Of a stretch of DNA of 64,000 nucleotides, positions 1 through 12,633 are shown one piece after another. The notes under the pieces are model-generated. The model worked only from the letters and a program-made list of their open reading frames with translations, was not told where the DNA came from and did not search any database. A program made the translations under genes and the position numbers. The stretch spans positions 142,352,001 through 142,416,000 of the forward strand of contig OZ024740.1 in the NCBI GenBank assembly GCA_964016885.1. The letters are read 5' to 3'. Numbering within the stretch: the stretch's first letter is position 1; each line of letters starts with the position of its first letter. The DNA is from Eledone cirrhosa (Eukaryota).

Positions 1-184
1 ATTCCCCAACCCTACCTTTTTTGTATCTCAGAGACTACATTGTCTACATGTCTTTTTATCTCTTTTAAGAACAGTAGGTGATGATTTGAGTCAAATTTCG
101 CTGTTATTTCTAGCAGGCAGAGCAACTGCATAAAGGCACAATGACAATAATAGTAGTTACAGTGGGAGTGGTGACGATACGGCG

Positions 185-340
185 TCTATGAAGACTTTGA
201 TGATAATGACGATGATGATGATGACAATGACGATGATGATGATGACAATGACTATGATAATGACGATGACTATGATGATGACGATGACGATGACTATGAA
301 GACGATGGTGGTAATGACGACGACGATGACGATGACGACA
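185..340. repeat. (GAT/GAC)n trinucleotide microsatellite
   Basis: Degenerate gatgatgacgat run; explains the Ile/Val-rich ORF 157..378. Confidence 0.9.
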
Positions 341-469
341 AGTAATGAAATGAAAGAAAAATGAAATTTACAGCTCATGCCTATGTAGGTTTAGCTGGCT
401 TTCTGTGGAACTGCATCTCATAGGAGGTTTCTTAGATATTTTAACGGTAGGAGTGTCAATTCTATCATG

Positions 470-575
470 AAAAGTAACTTGAAATAAAGTGTCTTGCTCA
501 AGAACACAACATCCTCCAAGGTCCAGAAAGCAAACCACGGTCATATAACCATAAGTCCAGCGAACTAACCACTAA
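470..575 (-). mobile_element. tRNA-derived SINE fragment (family B)
   Basis: Reverse complement of the tagtggttag...ttgtgttcttgagcaagacactttatttca head seen at 22175, 38160 and 49915. Confidence 0.6.
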
Positions 576-831
576 TGTAACATGATAAGGACATTCATCA
601 TCATCAACAACAACATTCATTCAACCCATAAATCATTAATTTGTTATGATCGAATAAAATAAAATAAAATAATATTAGAGATAAAAAAGAAAGAAGTATG
701 TAACAGGTTCAATCGTGATTAATTATATGTTTGTGATAGAAAGGTAATGGAAACAAGAATACACCTAGGTTATTGGTTTACAAACCAAGCCTTAATACAT
801 AAGAAGGATTACAAAAGCTATTGGATTACAT

Positions 832-882
<51 letters not shown>

Positions 883-884
<2 letters not shown>

Positions 885-1151
885 CGAAGGAAATGTGGTA
901 AGGAACCAGATGGACCATAACGCACCAAAGTACTCAATACTTGAGGTAGTAGAGTGGGTATAGGAACCAGTAAGACCCCGACGGCTGAGCTCAAGCCGTT
1001 TCGACGGCTAATTCTGGACTGAATTAGCCGTCGAAACGGCTTGAGCTCAGCCGTCGGGGTCCTACTCGTTCCTATTACCCACTCTACTACCTCAAGTATT
1101 GAGTACTTTGGTGCGTTATGGTCCATCTGGTTCCTTACCACATTTCCTTCG

Positions 1152-1153
<2 letters not shown>
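883..1153. mobile_element. Fold-back palindromic mini-element inserted in (TA)n, with hammerhead 3' half-site in both arms
   Basis: Arms 883-1014 and 1021-1153 are reverse complements (2 substitutions and 1 indel) around a 6-nt spacer tggact. (TA)n lies on both sides. GAAAC-ggct(tgagctc)agcc-GTC is at 1033-1055. Second copy at 58063-58265. Confidence 0.9.
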
Positions 1154-1203
<50 letters not shown>

Positions 1204-1247
1204 AGAAGAAGTTTATGAAATGGAAATGCGGGTATAAAGAATTTATT

Positions 1248-1364
1248 AGGTAACAATTGTTTCTATAGTGTATGGGTTACCTATACCTCGCTATTTGAAT
1301 AATACAAAAATATTATCATAAACCGAAGGTACACTGTAAGCAAACACACCATGTCGTCAGACCT
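1248..1364 (-). ncRNA. Type I hammerhead ribozyme with extended stem II
   Basis: Minus strand reads aggt-CTGACGA-catggtgtgt...atacactata-GAAAC-aatt-GTT-acct. Stem I is aggt/acct, stem II is about 9 bp, stem III is the palindrome ACAATTGT. Confidence 0.75.
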
Positions 1365-1566
1365 TTGTATTGGAATGATATGAAAATATTTTATACACTA
1401 GATAAAAGAGAAAGAAGGAGGTAGGAAGAGAAGGGGAAGAGGGAAGTGAGTAAAGTGGAGGGAGTCCTAGGATTTAAGACTGTCAGACTAGTAGAGATTG
1501 TAAGGAGAGAATGTTTTGGCAGCAGTTAACTTAATGAGGCGTGTTAGGGTTGCATATATATATATA

Positions 1567-1654
<88 letters not shown>

Positions 1655-1879
1655 TATATGTATATACAAATACAAACACACACATATGACATATACATAC
1701 ATACATGCATACATACATATATACATACATAATACATACAAAGATTGCATACATAATACGTATATATATATATGTGTGTTTGTATGCGCGCGCGTGTGTG
1801 TGTGTTATGTCGGATGCTCAGTTTGCGGTGTATGATTCTATCAACTTAGTCGAAGATCTGCACAACGTCGACATTTCAA

Positions 1880-2160
1880 TGGTGGAGCAGTCGTAATGTT
1901 GTTGAAGCTGTGTGAGTCAGCTTCTAGCTGGACAGAAACTGTGATCAATGTAAATTGCCTCCAGCTCTTGAAGTCTTCGCCTACCTTTTTCCCTGTTGTT
2001 AGGTTGGATGTTGAATATGGGCAGAAGCTTCTTGGTGGAGTCATAAGCATGTTTCTCAGTTGGGAATTGTTGTGTCAGACATCCTTTGGCAGGAGATAGG
2101 TCGTTCCATTGGTAGATTGGATTTTTTTTTGGATTTTGTTCTTCCCAGTTTATAATGGTT
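1880..2160 (-). pseudogene. Possible degraded Penelope-like GIY-YIG endonuclease remnant
   Basis: Minus frame reads YKLGRTKS...KHAYD...GRRRLQELEAIYID, resembling the PLE GIY-YIG C-terminal RL..LEAIYI motif. It lies upstream of the minus-strand hammerhead at 1248-1364. Confidence 0.35.
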
Positions 2161-3221
2161 TTTGGAATAGTTGTCTCATTTAATGCTAGGAAACATTCAC
2201 AAATACACTCTAAGACCGAAAATTGTAGAATCTCCGACCATGGGAGAGATTCGAGGTTTAACTCAGAGGATAGATTCTATTCTCTCTTCTTTTTTCGTCT
2301 AGATATGTAGATATGTAGGTATAAATACCTTCTATAAAATGTGTACGTAAAAATCAATCGATTATGATAATCAACTAGCTAAACACTATTTATATTCTGA
2401 GGTTCGCTTTAAGTCATAAGCATACAAATGTTTCAGTTTTTAATAGCGGACTGTATTAGTTGGTAATGAAGTAGTCTCTCTGTGTTAGGATTTTATTTGA
2501 TATTAGCAGAAATACCCACCACCAAAAAGTGCTCTGTTAATATAGTATGTGTATGTGAGTATGTGTGTTTCGTAAAGTAGCTATCAGTGTATAAAAATCA
2601 GTGCATGAAAAGGGAAAACTAAGTTTTTTTACATGCAAATTATACGAATACGCATTGATACATTTCGTCTTGTGGTTTATCAATATAATACAACGATGCC
2701 TATTCTCTACAAAATGGTGATCACCAACGTAATTAAGCAAAGATGGGATAAAACAAATGGAATAAAACAGCTTATTATCGACTCGCGGATATACTATGGC
2801 CTTTATTCGAGGAATGCACCACAAAGCAAATTGCTTATAATTAAAAGGCCAAATTTGTTTCATGAAAGAAGAACGATATGTATGTATCCTGCATGAGGGT
2901 GTGCATGCAGCAGTATGTATCTGTCTGTACGCGTGTGTCGATTTTGCTGTGTGCATATATGCATACGTCAGGTGTGTGGTGTTTGTGTAGTTATAATGCG
3001 TGTATTTTATGTGTGTTTGAGTCGTAGTTTGTGTGTATATTTGTGTATGCCTATGTGCAAGTGTGACTGTGTATGAGTTTGTGTACATTGACTGTAACAT
3101 TTGTATAAGCGAGTGGGAGGTGCGAATATACACGTGTATGACTGAATTTTTTCGAGAATAAGCATGACACAGATGCAAACACACACACATATACACACAT
3201 ATATATGTATATACACATGCA

Positions 3222-3353
<132 letters not shown>

Positions 3354-3734
3354 CGACCGACAGATAAGATAGCAATTGGAAAGACTAATAGAAACATTGT
3401 TTCCTCGGTCCGATTTGATGAGGTCTAGGATCCTGTCGATCGACTGTCGATATATATATATAATTACCATCCTAATCATATCCATCTTTTAAAGCTATAT
3501 GTAAATTATCTGTCTATTTGAAATTCATACGCGCGTTTTTTTATTAATGGGTTTTTATTCATTTATTTATTTAGTTTTACAATTTATAGTATTGTTGTTC
3601 CTAAACAACACATACTTAGATATATGAACTTGTAATACATATACGCTTACACACATTAAAGTTAATAAATACGTTATAGAGATAATTATTTTGGGATCTA
3701 GAACTATCGTAGAAGTGTCGAGAAAATTCATTTA

Positions 3735-3870
3735 TTCTTTAACTGGTTTCATTCATTAAACTGCGGCCATGCCGTGTACCACCTTCATTTAGTCGATACT
3801 AACGATCGCTGTACTTATTTTATCGATCTTTTTTTCATCGAAACTCTAGGCTACGGAGTATAAACACAGA
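3735..3870 (+). repeat. Dispersed repeat family C (actggtttca...ctgcggccatgc...agtcga...cttatt)
   Basis: Related copies at 25465-25610 and 59095-59420 (+), and at 14200-14330, 17400-17460 and 38660-38770 (-). Confidence 0.6.
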
Positions 3871-3946
3871 CACATACACAAACCTAAATACACACACAAA
3901 GACACACAGACACATACTCACATACACATACACACACATACATACT

Positions 3947-4044
<98 letters not shown>

Positions 4045-4049
4045 CACGT

Positions 4050-4740
4050 AAATAAGACCGTTATTGCTTCAATCAGACCACAAACCCACGGTAAACACCC
4101 TAAACTGAACGCCAATCTATCCTCATGACTCCCGCCAAAACAAATCGTATTCACCCTCCAAATTCGGCAAATCAATCGGAGCCTTAGCGATGTCATCATT
4201 CTGGGTTCTGGTTGAACTTGCTTGACCGCCTAGTGACACTGAATCTTCTGTTAGTGAGTATGGAAGCAAGGATGTTCACAGCTGCCTGGCACTTGATGAT
4301 ACGACAGGCCTTCAGAAGGCGGCTGCGTCTCCATACAGTATCATATGCAGAAGAGAGATCAACCAGAACACCCCTGTCTTGAAACCACGTTGGTAGCCAG
4401 ACTTGATGAAGGTAGTAAGGGCGAGGACTTGATCAGTGAATCTCACTTGTGATCCGAAGCCTGCTTGCTCCTTAGGCAGAATTGGTTCCACAAAAGGGCC
4501 AAGCTTAGCCAAGAGGAGCCGTCCAAATAACTTCTAAGAAGCACCGAGGAGAAAGATTAGCCGGTAGCTTGCAGGATCATCTGCAAGTTTCCCGGGTTTC
4601 GGTATGGCGATGACCTTGGCTTCTCTTCAGATCTCCGGGATAACTCCAGTTGGGTAAAGAGAGAAGCTAGCCTGTCTCGGGTATTTGGACCAAAGTTCTT
4701 AAGGAATTCAGGATAGATGACGTCAATTCCTGCACGGGTT
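4050..4740 (-). mobile_element. Degraded non-LTR retrotransposon RT fragment (Vingi/Ingi-like)
   Basis: ORF 4312..4512 reads PILPKEQAGF...TDQVLALTTFIKSGYQRGFKTGV, followed by a shifted DLSSAYDTVW; upstream ASYRLIFLL. Confidence 0.7.
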
Positions 4741-4800
4741 ATTGTTGAAAGAAAAATGTTCGAGATACATAAAACATCTTCAACAAACGATTATTATTTT

Positions 4801-4988
4801 GGATTGGCAGTATCGGTAGAGGGTCGGACGCCATGCTTTACAGCAAAGAATTACGGCCCTTTATGATGTGAGTTCAAATCCCGCCGAGGTTAACTTTGCC
4901 TTTCATCCTTACGGGGTCGATAAAATAAAGTACCAGTAATACACTAGGATAATTGCTGGCCTTGTGCCAAAAGTAGAAACAATTATTT
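4801..4988 (+). mobile_element. tRNA-derived SINE (family A)
   Basis: Box A tggcagtatcggtag, box B gagttcaaatcc, body actttgcctttcatccttacggggtcgataaaataaagtaccag, (att)n tail; many copies in the window. Confidence 0.85.
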
Positions 4989-5199
4989 TAGATTCGGTCA
5001 AATGTGCTTTAACCTCTTGAATATTTTCTCATCTATTTACTAATTCCTGGACCATCGAGGCTAATTTTCTCGGTTTCTTCGAGCCAAAGAAGAAGCCTCT
5101 GCATCAGTGATTCTGAATTGAGGTCATCTAACGTTTGGTACTTAAAACGAATGAAAGCTCACACCTATTTGCTCAACTGAACTCCTCAGAGGCTGCATC

Positions 5200-5365
5200 T
5201 CATAGGTGATTTATGAGTTGTTTTACCGATAGGTGTCCGTCCTGTCATGAGAGGCAACATGAAACAAAGGGTCTGCTCAAGAACACAACGTGCTGCCCGG
5301 TCCAGGAGTCGAGCGCACGACTTTATGATCGTGAGTCCAACATCCTAACCATTAATCCATGCGCA
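5200..5365 (-). mobile_element. tRNA-derived SINE fragment (family B)
   Basis: Reverse complement of tggttaggatgttggactcacgatcataaagtcgtgcgctcgactcc...gttgtgttcttgagcaga. Confidence 0.6.
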
Positions 5366-6178
5366 TCCATGATACTTGAAAGGGCCTTCTCTTGATACAA
5401 TTACATCTCTCTCTCTCCCTCTCTCTCTTTCTTTATCGCCACCCCACCGACCCTCTCTCTCTCTCTCTTTCTTTCTATCTCACTCACTCTGCGATTGTTT
5501 TATATTAGTCAATATCCAGAATAGCTATTGATTTTCTTCACACAAGGCAGAGATGGAAATATTAGCGATTAAATCGAACTTCTATATTACTGATATCTGT
5601 TTATCGATTATGAAGTGATATAAGGTAAATTCTTACTCAGTGGAATTTGAACTCGAATGTAGAAAGATAGCCAGTGACTGTATGCCATTTAATTTGATGC
5701 TGTAACGTTTGCAGAGAAAGAGATATTTTGGTATTAAATCCAACCTGTATATTACTAATATCTATTTATCGATTATGGGGCGACAGAAGTTATATTCTTA
5801 CTCAGTGGAATTTGAATTGAGGTGGAGTGCGAGGAGGAGAGAGGGTATCTGTGTGAGAAGGAGAGGGAGAGAGTGACTGTAGTATGCTATTATTTAATTT
5901 GGTACTGTAACGTTTCTGTCAACACGTCTCTCTAGCTCACTCACTCAGTCACCCGATAAATATGTTAAACAAGTCAAAACTCATCCGAGAAACGAAACGG
6001 ATTGCGTGCTAAGCCAGTATCTAAATAGTGTTTGGCACGAAATACGATGAAATGGATGTTGATGCATAACTTCGATGTTTCTTAATCATAAAGCAAACCA
6101 TTTCTTCTCATGAGGAATGATAGACAAATCTTAATGAAATAGAAATTGATGAAAAAAGAAGGCGAGTGTAAAAAATTA

Positions 6179-6229
<51 letters not shown>

Positions 6230-6244
6230 CATCTCTCTCGCTCA

Positions 6245-6335
<91 letters not shown>

Positions 6336-6679
6336 AGCGTATGCATGTGCGTGCGTTTCCGTGAGTGTGTAAGAAAGAGGGAGAGAAAACAAAGAAAATA
6401 ATTTAAATATATTGTAGATTTTTCTTTCCCCTTTCTGTGCCAAGCGTTAAAATTGATGGAAAACATAATTTATATTTTTGACATCTAAATATGAAGTATG
6501 TTGTTGTTTTCCTCCTTTTTCTCTTTTATTTTAATTAAGTGTTATTACATTTTTAAAAAGTTTCAATAGAGAGTGGCTGGATTGAAATATATTTCGTACA
6601 TTGCCACGATGTCACTGAATTGATATTTCATGAAGTAAAAAGACACGTGGTATGTGTTGTAAAATAGAAGTTAAGCTGT

Positions 6680-6950
6680 GAAGGCGTGTGACTTAGTGTG
6701 CAAGGTTTTCAGCTCAAGATCAGTCGGTGCAATTTGTCATTGAGCAAGAAACTTTATTATACATTGCTCCAATTCATCGAGGTGGCAAAAATGAACTATA
6801 CCTGTAATTCAAAGGACCTTGTCACAATTGGTGTCACAGTGAATCTATGTCATGTGTATGTGTCTTTGAAATGCTCCATCTGTTGCACCTTAATTTTACG
6901 AGCAGACTGTTCCGTTGTTCGATAAACAGGAACACCCATCGTCGGAACTG
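6680..6950 (+). mobile_element. tRNA-derived SINE (family B), degenerate
   Basis: gtgacttagtg...ttgagcaagaaactttattatacattgctcca...gtaattcaaagg; 3' body matches 50260-50400. Confidence 0.55.
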
Positions 6951-8129
6951 GGTCTAATAAAAAGAGGTTAAGTTACTTACAAACCAAATATGGTGACGAA
7001 TTAGAGTTTTCAGAGCATACGATAAAATGAAGCGGTGTTTCTTCCGACTTTCTGCGCTCTGAATCCAAACAGTATCTAGGTCAAGTTGGTCTTTCATCTT
7101 TCCGGGATCGATAAAACAGAGTACTAGTCTAGAGAGGTGGTTTGGCAGAATTGTTACAACTTCGGATGAGTTACTTTACCGTGTCTGTTGCGGATTTTTA
7201 CATTCTAAGTTCAAATTCCGATATACCTGAGAAATAGTTAATTTGTTGCCTAGTTTAACATCCCCACCTGGACTTTGGTGTTTTTAACCGGGGGTAATCT
7301 GTGGCAAGCATTAGGGATAAATCTCTGGTAAGATGATACCGTCGGCCCTTCTCCTCACCTGTCTGGCAGGCCCTAAAAAGGGCCATAGATGCTACACTTT
7401 CCTCTCTAATTAAACAGTGAAAATATCGATTCCTGATTAATTCCATATCATCTCACCGGGACTACTAAAGACTTTCAAAATGATAAGACTTTTGCAATAT
7501 CTCATCCTCTTTTCGTACAATGGAATGGAATGCGCAGATACGATTGTATAATTATTATTTTTGCTTCGCAACTACGAAGTTTCGGTTTCGATTCCATGAC
7601 ATGGTTTGTTAGGCTTAAAGTATACGTAATGAACGACAATACCAACATACAAGATATTAATATTCATTGCCCCCAACAACTCTCTCTTTCTCAGCCTTCT
7701 CTCTCACTCTCTTTCTCTCTCTCTCTTTCTCTGTCTCTCTCTCTCTCATACTCTCTTTCTCTCCATCTCTCACTACCTCTATCCTCTCTCTCTCTCACTC
7801 TCTCTTTCTCCCCCCTCTCACTACTTCTATACCCTCTCTCTCTTTATTTCACTCTCTTTCACTCTCTTTCTCTCCACCTCTCATTCTCATCTAATTTTCT
7901 GTAAGTTTCCATAACATATATTGTAAACTAAGATCTTGTGCGTTCGGTATATGTATGTGTCTGCGCGCGCATGTGCATGTGTTCGTTTATAAACAGGTTT
8001 TAAATTATCTATATGATGTCATTATATGATGGCGTGAAGCAAAGCACTTCTTTCTATTTTATATGTTGTGTCCTATAATTTATAGTATTCTCTCAATTGA
8101 TATTTACTTCAACGGCATCACGACCATAG

Positions 8130-8349
8130 CTACCATCATCATCATCATCCACCACCACCACCACCACCTCTACCATCATCATCATCATCCTGATCATCAT
8201 CATCATTGCCACCATCAACATCGTCACCATCATCATCATCATCAGCAGCAGCAGCACCACCACCACCACCACTACCACCACCATCGTCATCATTATCATC
8301 ATCATAATCATTATCAACATCATCGCCATCTTCAACATCGTCACCATAA

Positions 8350-8390
<41 letters not shown>
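8130..8390. repeat. (CAT/CAC)n microsatellite
   Basis: Trinucleotide run producing the poly-His ORF. Confidence 0.9.
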
Positions 8391-8392
<2 letters not shown>

Positions 8393-9314
8393 GTTTATAC
8401 TTTTGTTGTTTGTTTTGTATTTGCCTGTTTGTGTTTTCGTTCTATTCTTGCTTCCTTTGAAGTATTCTGTTTTGATTGTGATTAAGAGAAAGTACCTGGA
8501 GTGCAACATTAGAGATATACTTTCATATTTTCGTTTTAAAGTCAGAGTTACAATTCTGAGAGGCCAACATCACAGTCCTTCTCTTGCAATCACAGATTTC
8601 CTCAATTCCTCCTTCGTTTTAAATTGTCATCTAGTAATTTTTCAGATGAATCCCATATTAACACGAGCAAGCTGGACAAACCTCAATAATTACATAGTCT
8701 CGCACAGAATTAAATCAGAAGCAGTAATATTTTGCGAACTGTTAATTTGTGATTGCTCTTAAAATTGGATACATTGATATTTCATTTGATATATATACAC
8801 AATATACATTACTCATTCTCAATTTGGATTCTTACCTTGTGGAACATGCTTCCTCAATTCCTTCCCTTCCTAATATTTTTCCTTTGGGTAAAATTTCTAC
8901 ACATGGGATTTTAAATTTTTCTCTTGGGAAAATAAGGTTTCCTGCTTGAGAATCACTGTTATACAATATTCATTTACAATATGAACGTATTCCTCTCGTG
9001 TGTATTTATGTGTATTCTGTTTTATTCAAAATAATTTTGATGGCTATTATTTTCGCCAGACACTGGTTTATTTGGTTCTGGTGATGCCGAGATTTGCAAG
9101 AGCAAATAATAGTTTCTAATTCAGGCACAATGACAGCAATTTGGAAGGAAGTGACTGTGGATTAAATCGGCTCCAGTACTTGACTGATAATTTAGTTAAT
9201 CGATCCCAGAAGGATGAAAGACTTAGCATGTACAGAACGATGACAAAATGGCGAAGGCATTTTTGTCTGACGTTCTAATAATTCTACCCATTCAAATAAT
9301 AATAATAATAATAA

Positions 9315-9450
9315 TGTTTCTACTTTTGGCACAAGGCCAGAAATGACCCAGTACATTACTGGTACTCTATTTTATCGACCCCGTAAGGATGAAAGGCAAA
9401 GGTAACTTCGGCCGGATTTGAACGCAGAACGTAAAGGGCCATAACTCTAT
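9315..9450 (-). mobile_element. SINE family A
   Basis: Reverse complement of the 4801-4988 body. Confidence 0.8.
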
Positions 9451-9498
9451 GCTGAGTAATAATGATTATTATTATCATTATTATTATTATAAGGGCGA

Positions 9499-9680
9499 TG
9501 GATTGGCAGTATCGGTAGAGAGTAAGACGCCATGATTTCCACCATAGAGTTACGTCTCTTTACGGACTGAGTTCAAATCCCGCCGAGGTTTACTTTGCCT
9601 TTCATCCTTACAGGGTCGATAAAATAAAGTACCAGTAATGCACTGGTAATTACTGGCCTTGTGCCAAAGGTAGAAACATT
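9499..9680 (+). mobile_element. SINE family A
   Basis: Near-identical to 4801-4988; head-to-head with the 9315-9450 copy. Confidence 0.85.
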
Positions 9681-10421
9681 ATTTTTATTATTATTGGTTG
9701 TTTGACTGATTGATTTGAAGATCGAAATTACACAGCTGTGACAATGTCACTTAATAACATCAAGATAATCCCAGTTGTCATAGGTTCTTTGGATTTCATA
9801 CCGCTAAACCGGGGGTGGAGGATACCTTGAAGAAATAGACCTGGAAACATAAAGTCCTCTCCCACAAAAGGCTGCCTTGTTGGGTACTACACTTATAATG
9901 AGAAAAATATTGTTTATTTAAGGTCGTTGTTGAGACTCGACTTACAGTAGATCTAGTAATCATAATAGTTACTGTACAAACCATCAATAGTAATATCTTC
10001 CTTCTAATTAATTAGATGTAATAACATAAAAGTAAGTGTTTCTGCTGTCATTGCAAATAGAGAGAAAAATGTAGATTCTTTAAAATATTGATTCTTTCAA
10101 CACGGCAGTTTTATAAGATTGTTTAGTACTTCTTCCGGTTGTTAGATGGCAGTGGTGGCGGTAGCAAATGTGGTGGCGGTAGCAAATGTGGTGGTAGGGG
10201 GGGGGGGGGGGTGATTGTTGTTTGTAAAAAATCGTTGTAACAGACGAATATCTTCACAGATATTTAAGCATTTGATTCCCGGCTTACTTTCAGCCAGTGA
10301 CGACCAATTGGTGTGACAATGCTTTTTCTGTGTCATTGCGCTGTTGGAATATTGATGACACCCTCTCTCCTAACACTTACTATTGAGAATGTGTATATAT
10401 ATATATGTATGTATGTATATA

Positions 10422-10532
<111 letters not shown>

Positions 10533-10543
10533 ATATATATATA

Positions 10544-10576
<33 letters not shown>

Positions 10577-10604
10577 ATGTATAAAAAACAATACAATATA
10601 ATTA

Positions 10605-10674
10605 CCTCATTACCAGAGGTTTCCCGAATAAGGCGAATACGAAAGAAACGTCTTCATTCGTTCGTCGGACGAGG
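10605..10674 (-). ncRNA. Type I hammerhead ribozyme, CCGACGA core variant
   Basis: Minus strand reads cctcgt-CCGACGA-acgaatga...ttattcgg-GAAAC-ctctg-GTA-atgagg. Stem I is 6 bp and stem II is 7 bp; it lies about 30 nt from (TA)n. Confidence 0.65.
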
Positions 10675-11579
10675 CAATATAAAACGTAGCTAAATATTTG
10701 GAAAGTCTCCTCAAGAAATGGAAAAAAAAAAAAATTACATAAATATAGATAAAGGTAATACAATAGACATGTAAAATATATAAAAAAATGTTTAAGAAAT
10801 ATAGTTAGGTGTGTGTATATGTATGTATATACACCCACAGATGTACATATGTATGTATGTACAAATGTGTGTGTATAGTGAAAATGTGTGCGTAAATATA
10901 TGTGTGAGGGGAAGTATATCTGTGTATATGTAACTACAGACATAGACATGATATGAGTGTCCGGTTGACAGGTATACAGAAAAACAGGGTATTAGATACA
11001 TTATAAGAATATGAAGGCACGCGTATAAACACACACACACGCGCGTACACTTATATGTGGAAGAAAAAGAGGTAAGGGAGTGTAATAGTAAAAAGAAAGT
11101 ATCATTCTCGATATATTTATAAAAATGGAAAAATAATTTAGAAAGAAAAAATTGCAAAGTAAAGAAAAGAAAACAAAACAAGGTACACGCATACATACAC
11201 ACATATATCTATAAGAAACGTATATCTATAAAAATATATATATACACGCAAAACGTGCAGACAAAAGCGTATGCAAGTATACATACACACACAGGATTCA
11301 CATATATATACATACACCTCGCCCCATGTATATCTAATCACGCGTACGTACGCGACTGTATACACACACACACACATACACACACATAAATATATACATA
11401 CATATATACATACATACATATATACATACGCACACTTACACATCCATACATTCAGTACGTACACACGCACACACACACACATACATACACTCACGCACGT
11501 TGACCCGATGTCTTCCAAAAGTAACGGTTGCATTTTGTAAGAGTATGTCAATATTTATTTATAAAACTGGTATATATTG

Positions 11580-11644
11580 TATTTTGTCTGATGAAAGCAT
11601 ACCATAATTTAACATGGTATCCTTGAAATATGTATAATAAAATA
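11580..11644 (+). ncRNA. Type I hammerhead ribozyme
   Basis: tattttgt-CTGATGA-aagcataccat(aatttaac)atggtatcctt-GAAA-tatgta-TA-ataaaata. Stem I is 8 bp, extended by atttataaaac/gttttataaat. (TA)n starts at 11686. Confidence 0.75.
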
Positions 11645-11705
11645 GATATGGTTTTATAAATATAGTTTCCATTTGTTAATATCGTATATATATATATATA
11701 TATAT

Positions 11706-12194
11706 TTCAGTACAGCATTAACGAAGCTTGAGAACACGGCCAAGCTAGCGAATGCATGATCGGTCTGTAGCTTTAGCACTCGGATGAGTAACGACCCTAG
11801 AGTCATAACATTACGTTCAGACAGCCGGGGCAAATCAGATATAGCGGTCGGCAGTCCAGCTGCATCACTAGAGCAACGAAAATACAGGACCCAGGAAAAG
11901 ACTTTATACTGACCCGGACAGAGCGGTGAGGCTGAGTGCAAAATATATAACTTACATCGTATATCACACAATATACATCATATACAGCACCCAACATCAG
12001 CGCTAAGTGTCTGCAAATCCAAGATCGACAAATTCCGATTGCAGGAGTCTGCAATATAATGGTTTTTGACGATAGAACATAGGATTTCCTTCTGCAGCAA
12101 GTCTTTCGTTCTTAGCCTGAGCGGGTATGTTGTAACTTTAAATTTCGCCACAGACACGTGGTTTTCTCCAAGGGAGGTAACCCGCGCTTAGGCG

Positions 12195-12197
<3 letters not shown>
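11706..12197 (-). mobile_element. Putative Penelope pLTR-related insert between (TA)n tracts
   Basis: GC-richer 490 bp block bounded by (TA)n, with GAGTGCT at 11775-11781 (-). The sequence caagggaggtaaccc...ttaggcgg (about 12169-12195) matches about 19424-19452 in the PLE 3' region. Confidence 0.45.
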
Positions 12198-12287
<90 letters not shown>

Positions 12288-12633
12288 CATATATATATTA
12301 TATATATATATAATATATAAATAATATATATATATATATATACACATATATATATATATTTAATTAAACATACGGTATATTACCAAATATTCTATACATA
12401 CATTCATGTATACATCGCTATTTCAGAATCCAGCTTCTATAATTTTCGGAGGAAACAGGGATTGCGTGGCTCTAATGATCGCCAACAAGCGTGAAACAAA
12501 CTATCAGTTTCTCTCCCTTCTATCGACGAAAAGAAGTAAGTGACATAGTCACTACTTAAAAGCTGATAGCGTATAGTCTTCTCAATGTTTTTAATTACAA
12601 ATACGGTATATTGCCAAATATACAATACATATA

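Noticed and set aside
883-1153. CRISPR-like or microRNA interpretation of the hairpins
   Set aside because: There is no repeat-spacer array or cas gene, and the context is eukaryotic. The hairpins are long, dispersed and TA-flanked, consistent with mobile elements.
4801-4890. tRNA-like box A / box B sequences (here and at 22175, 38160 and others)
   Set aside because: They have no complete cloverleaf and continue into shared SINE bodies, so they are SINE heads rather than tRNA genes.
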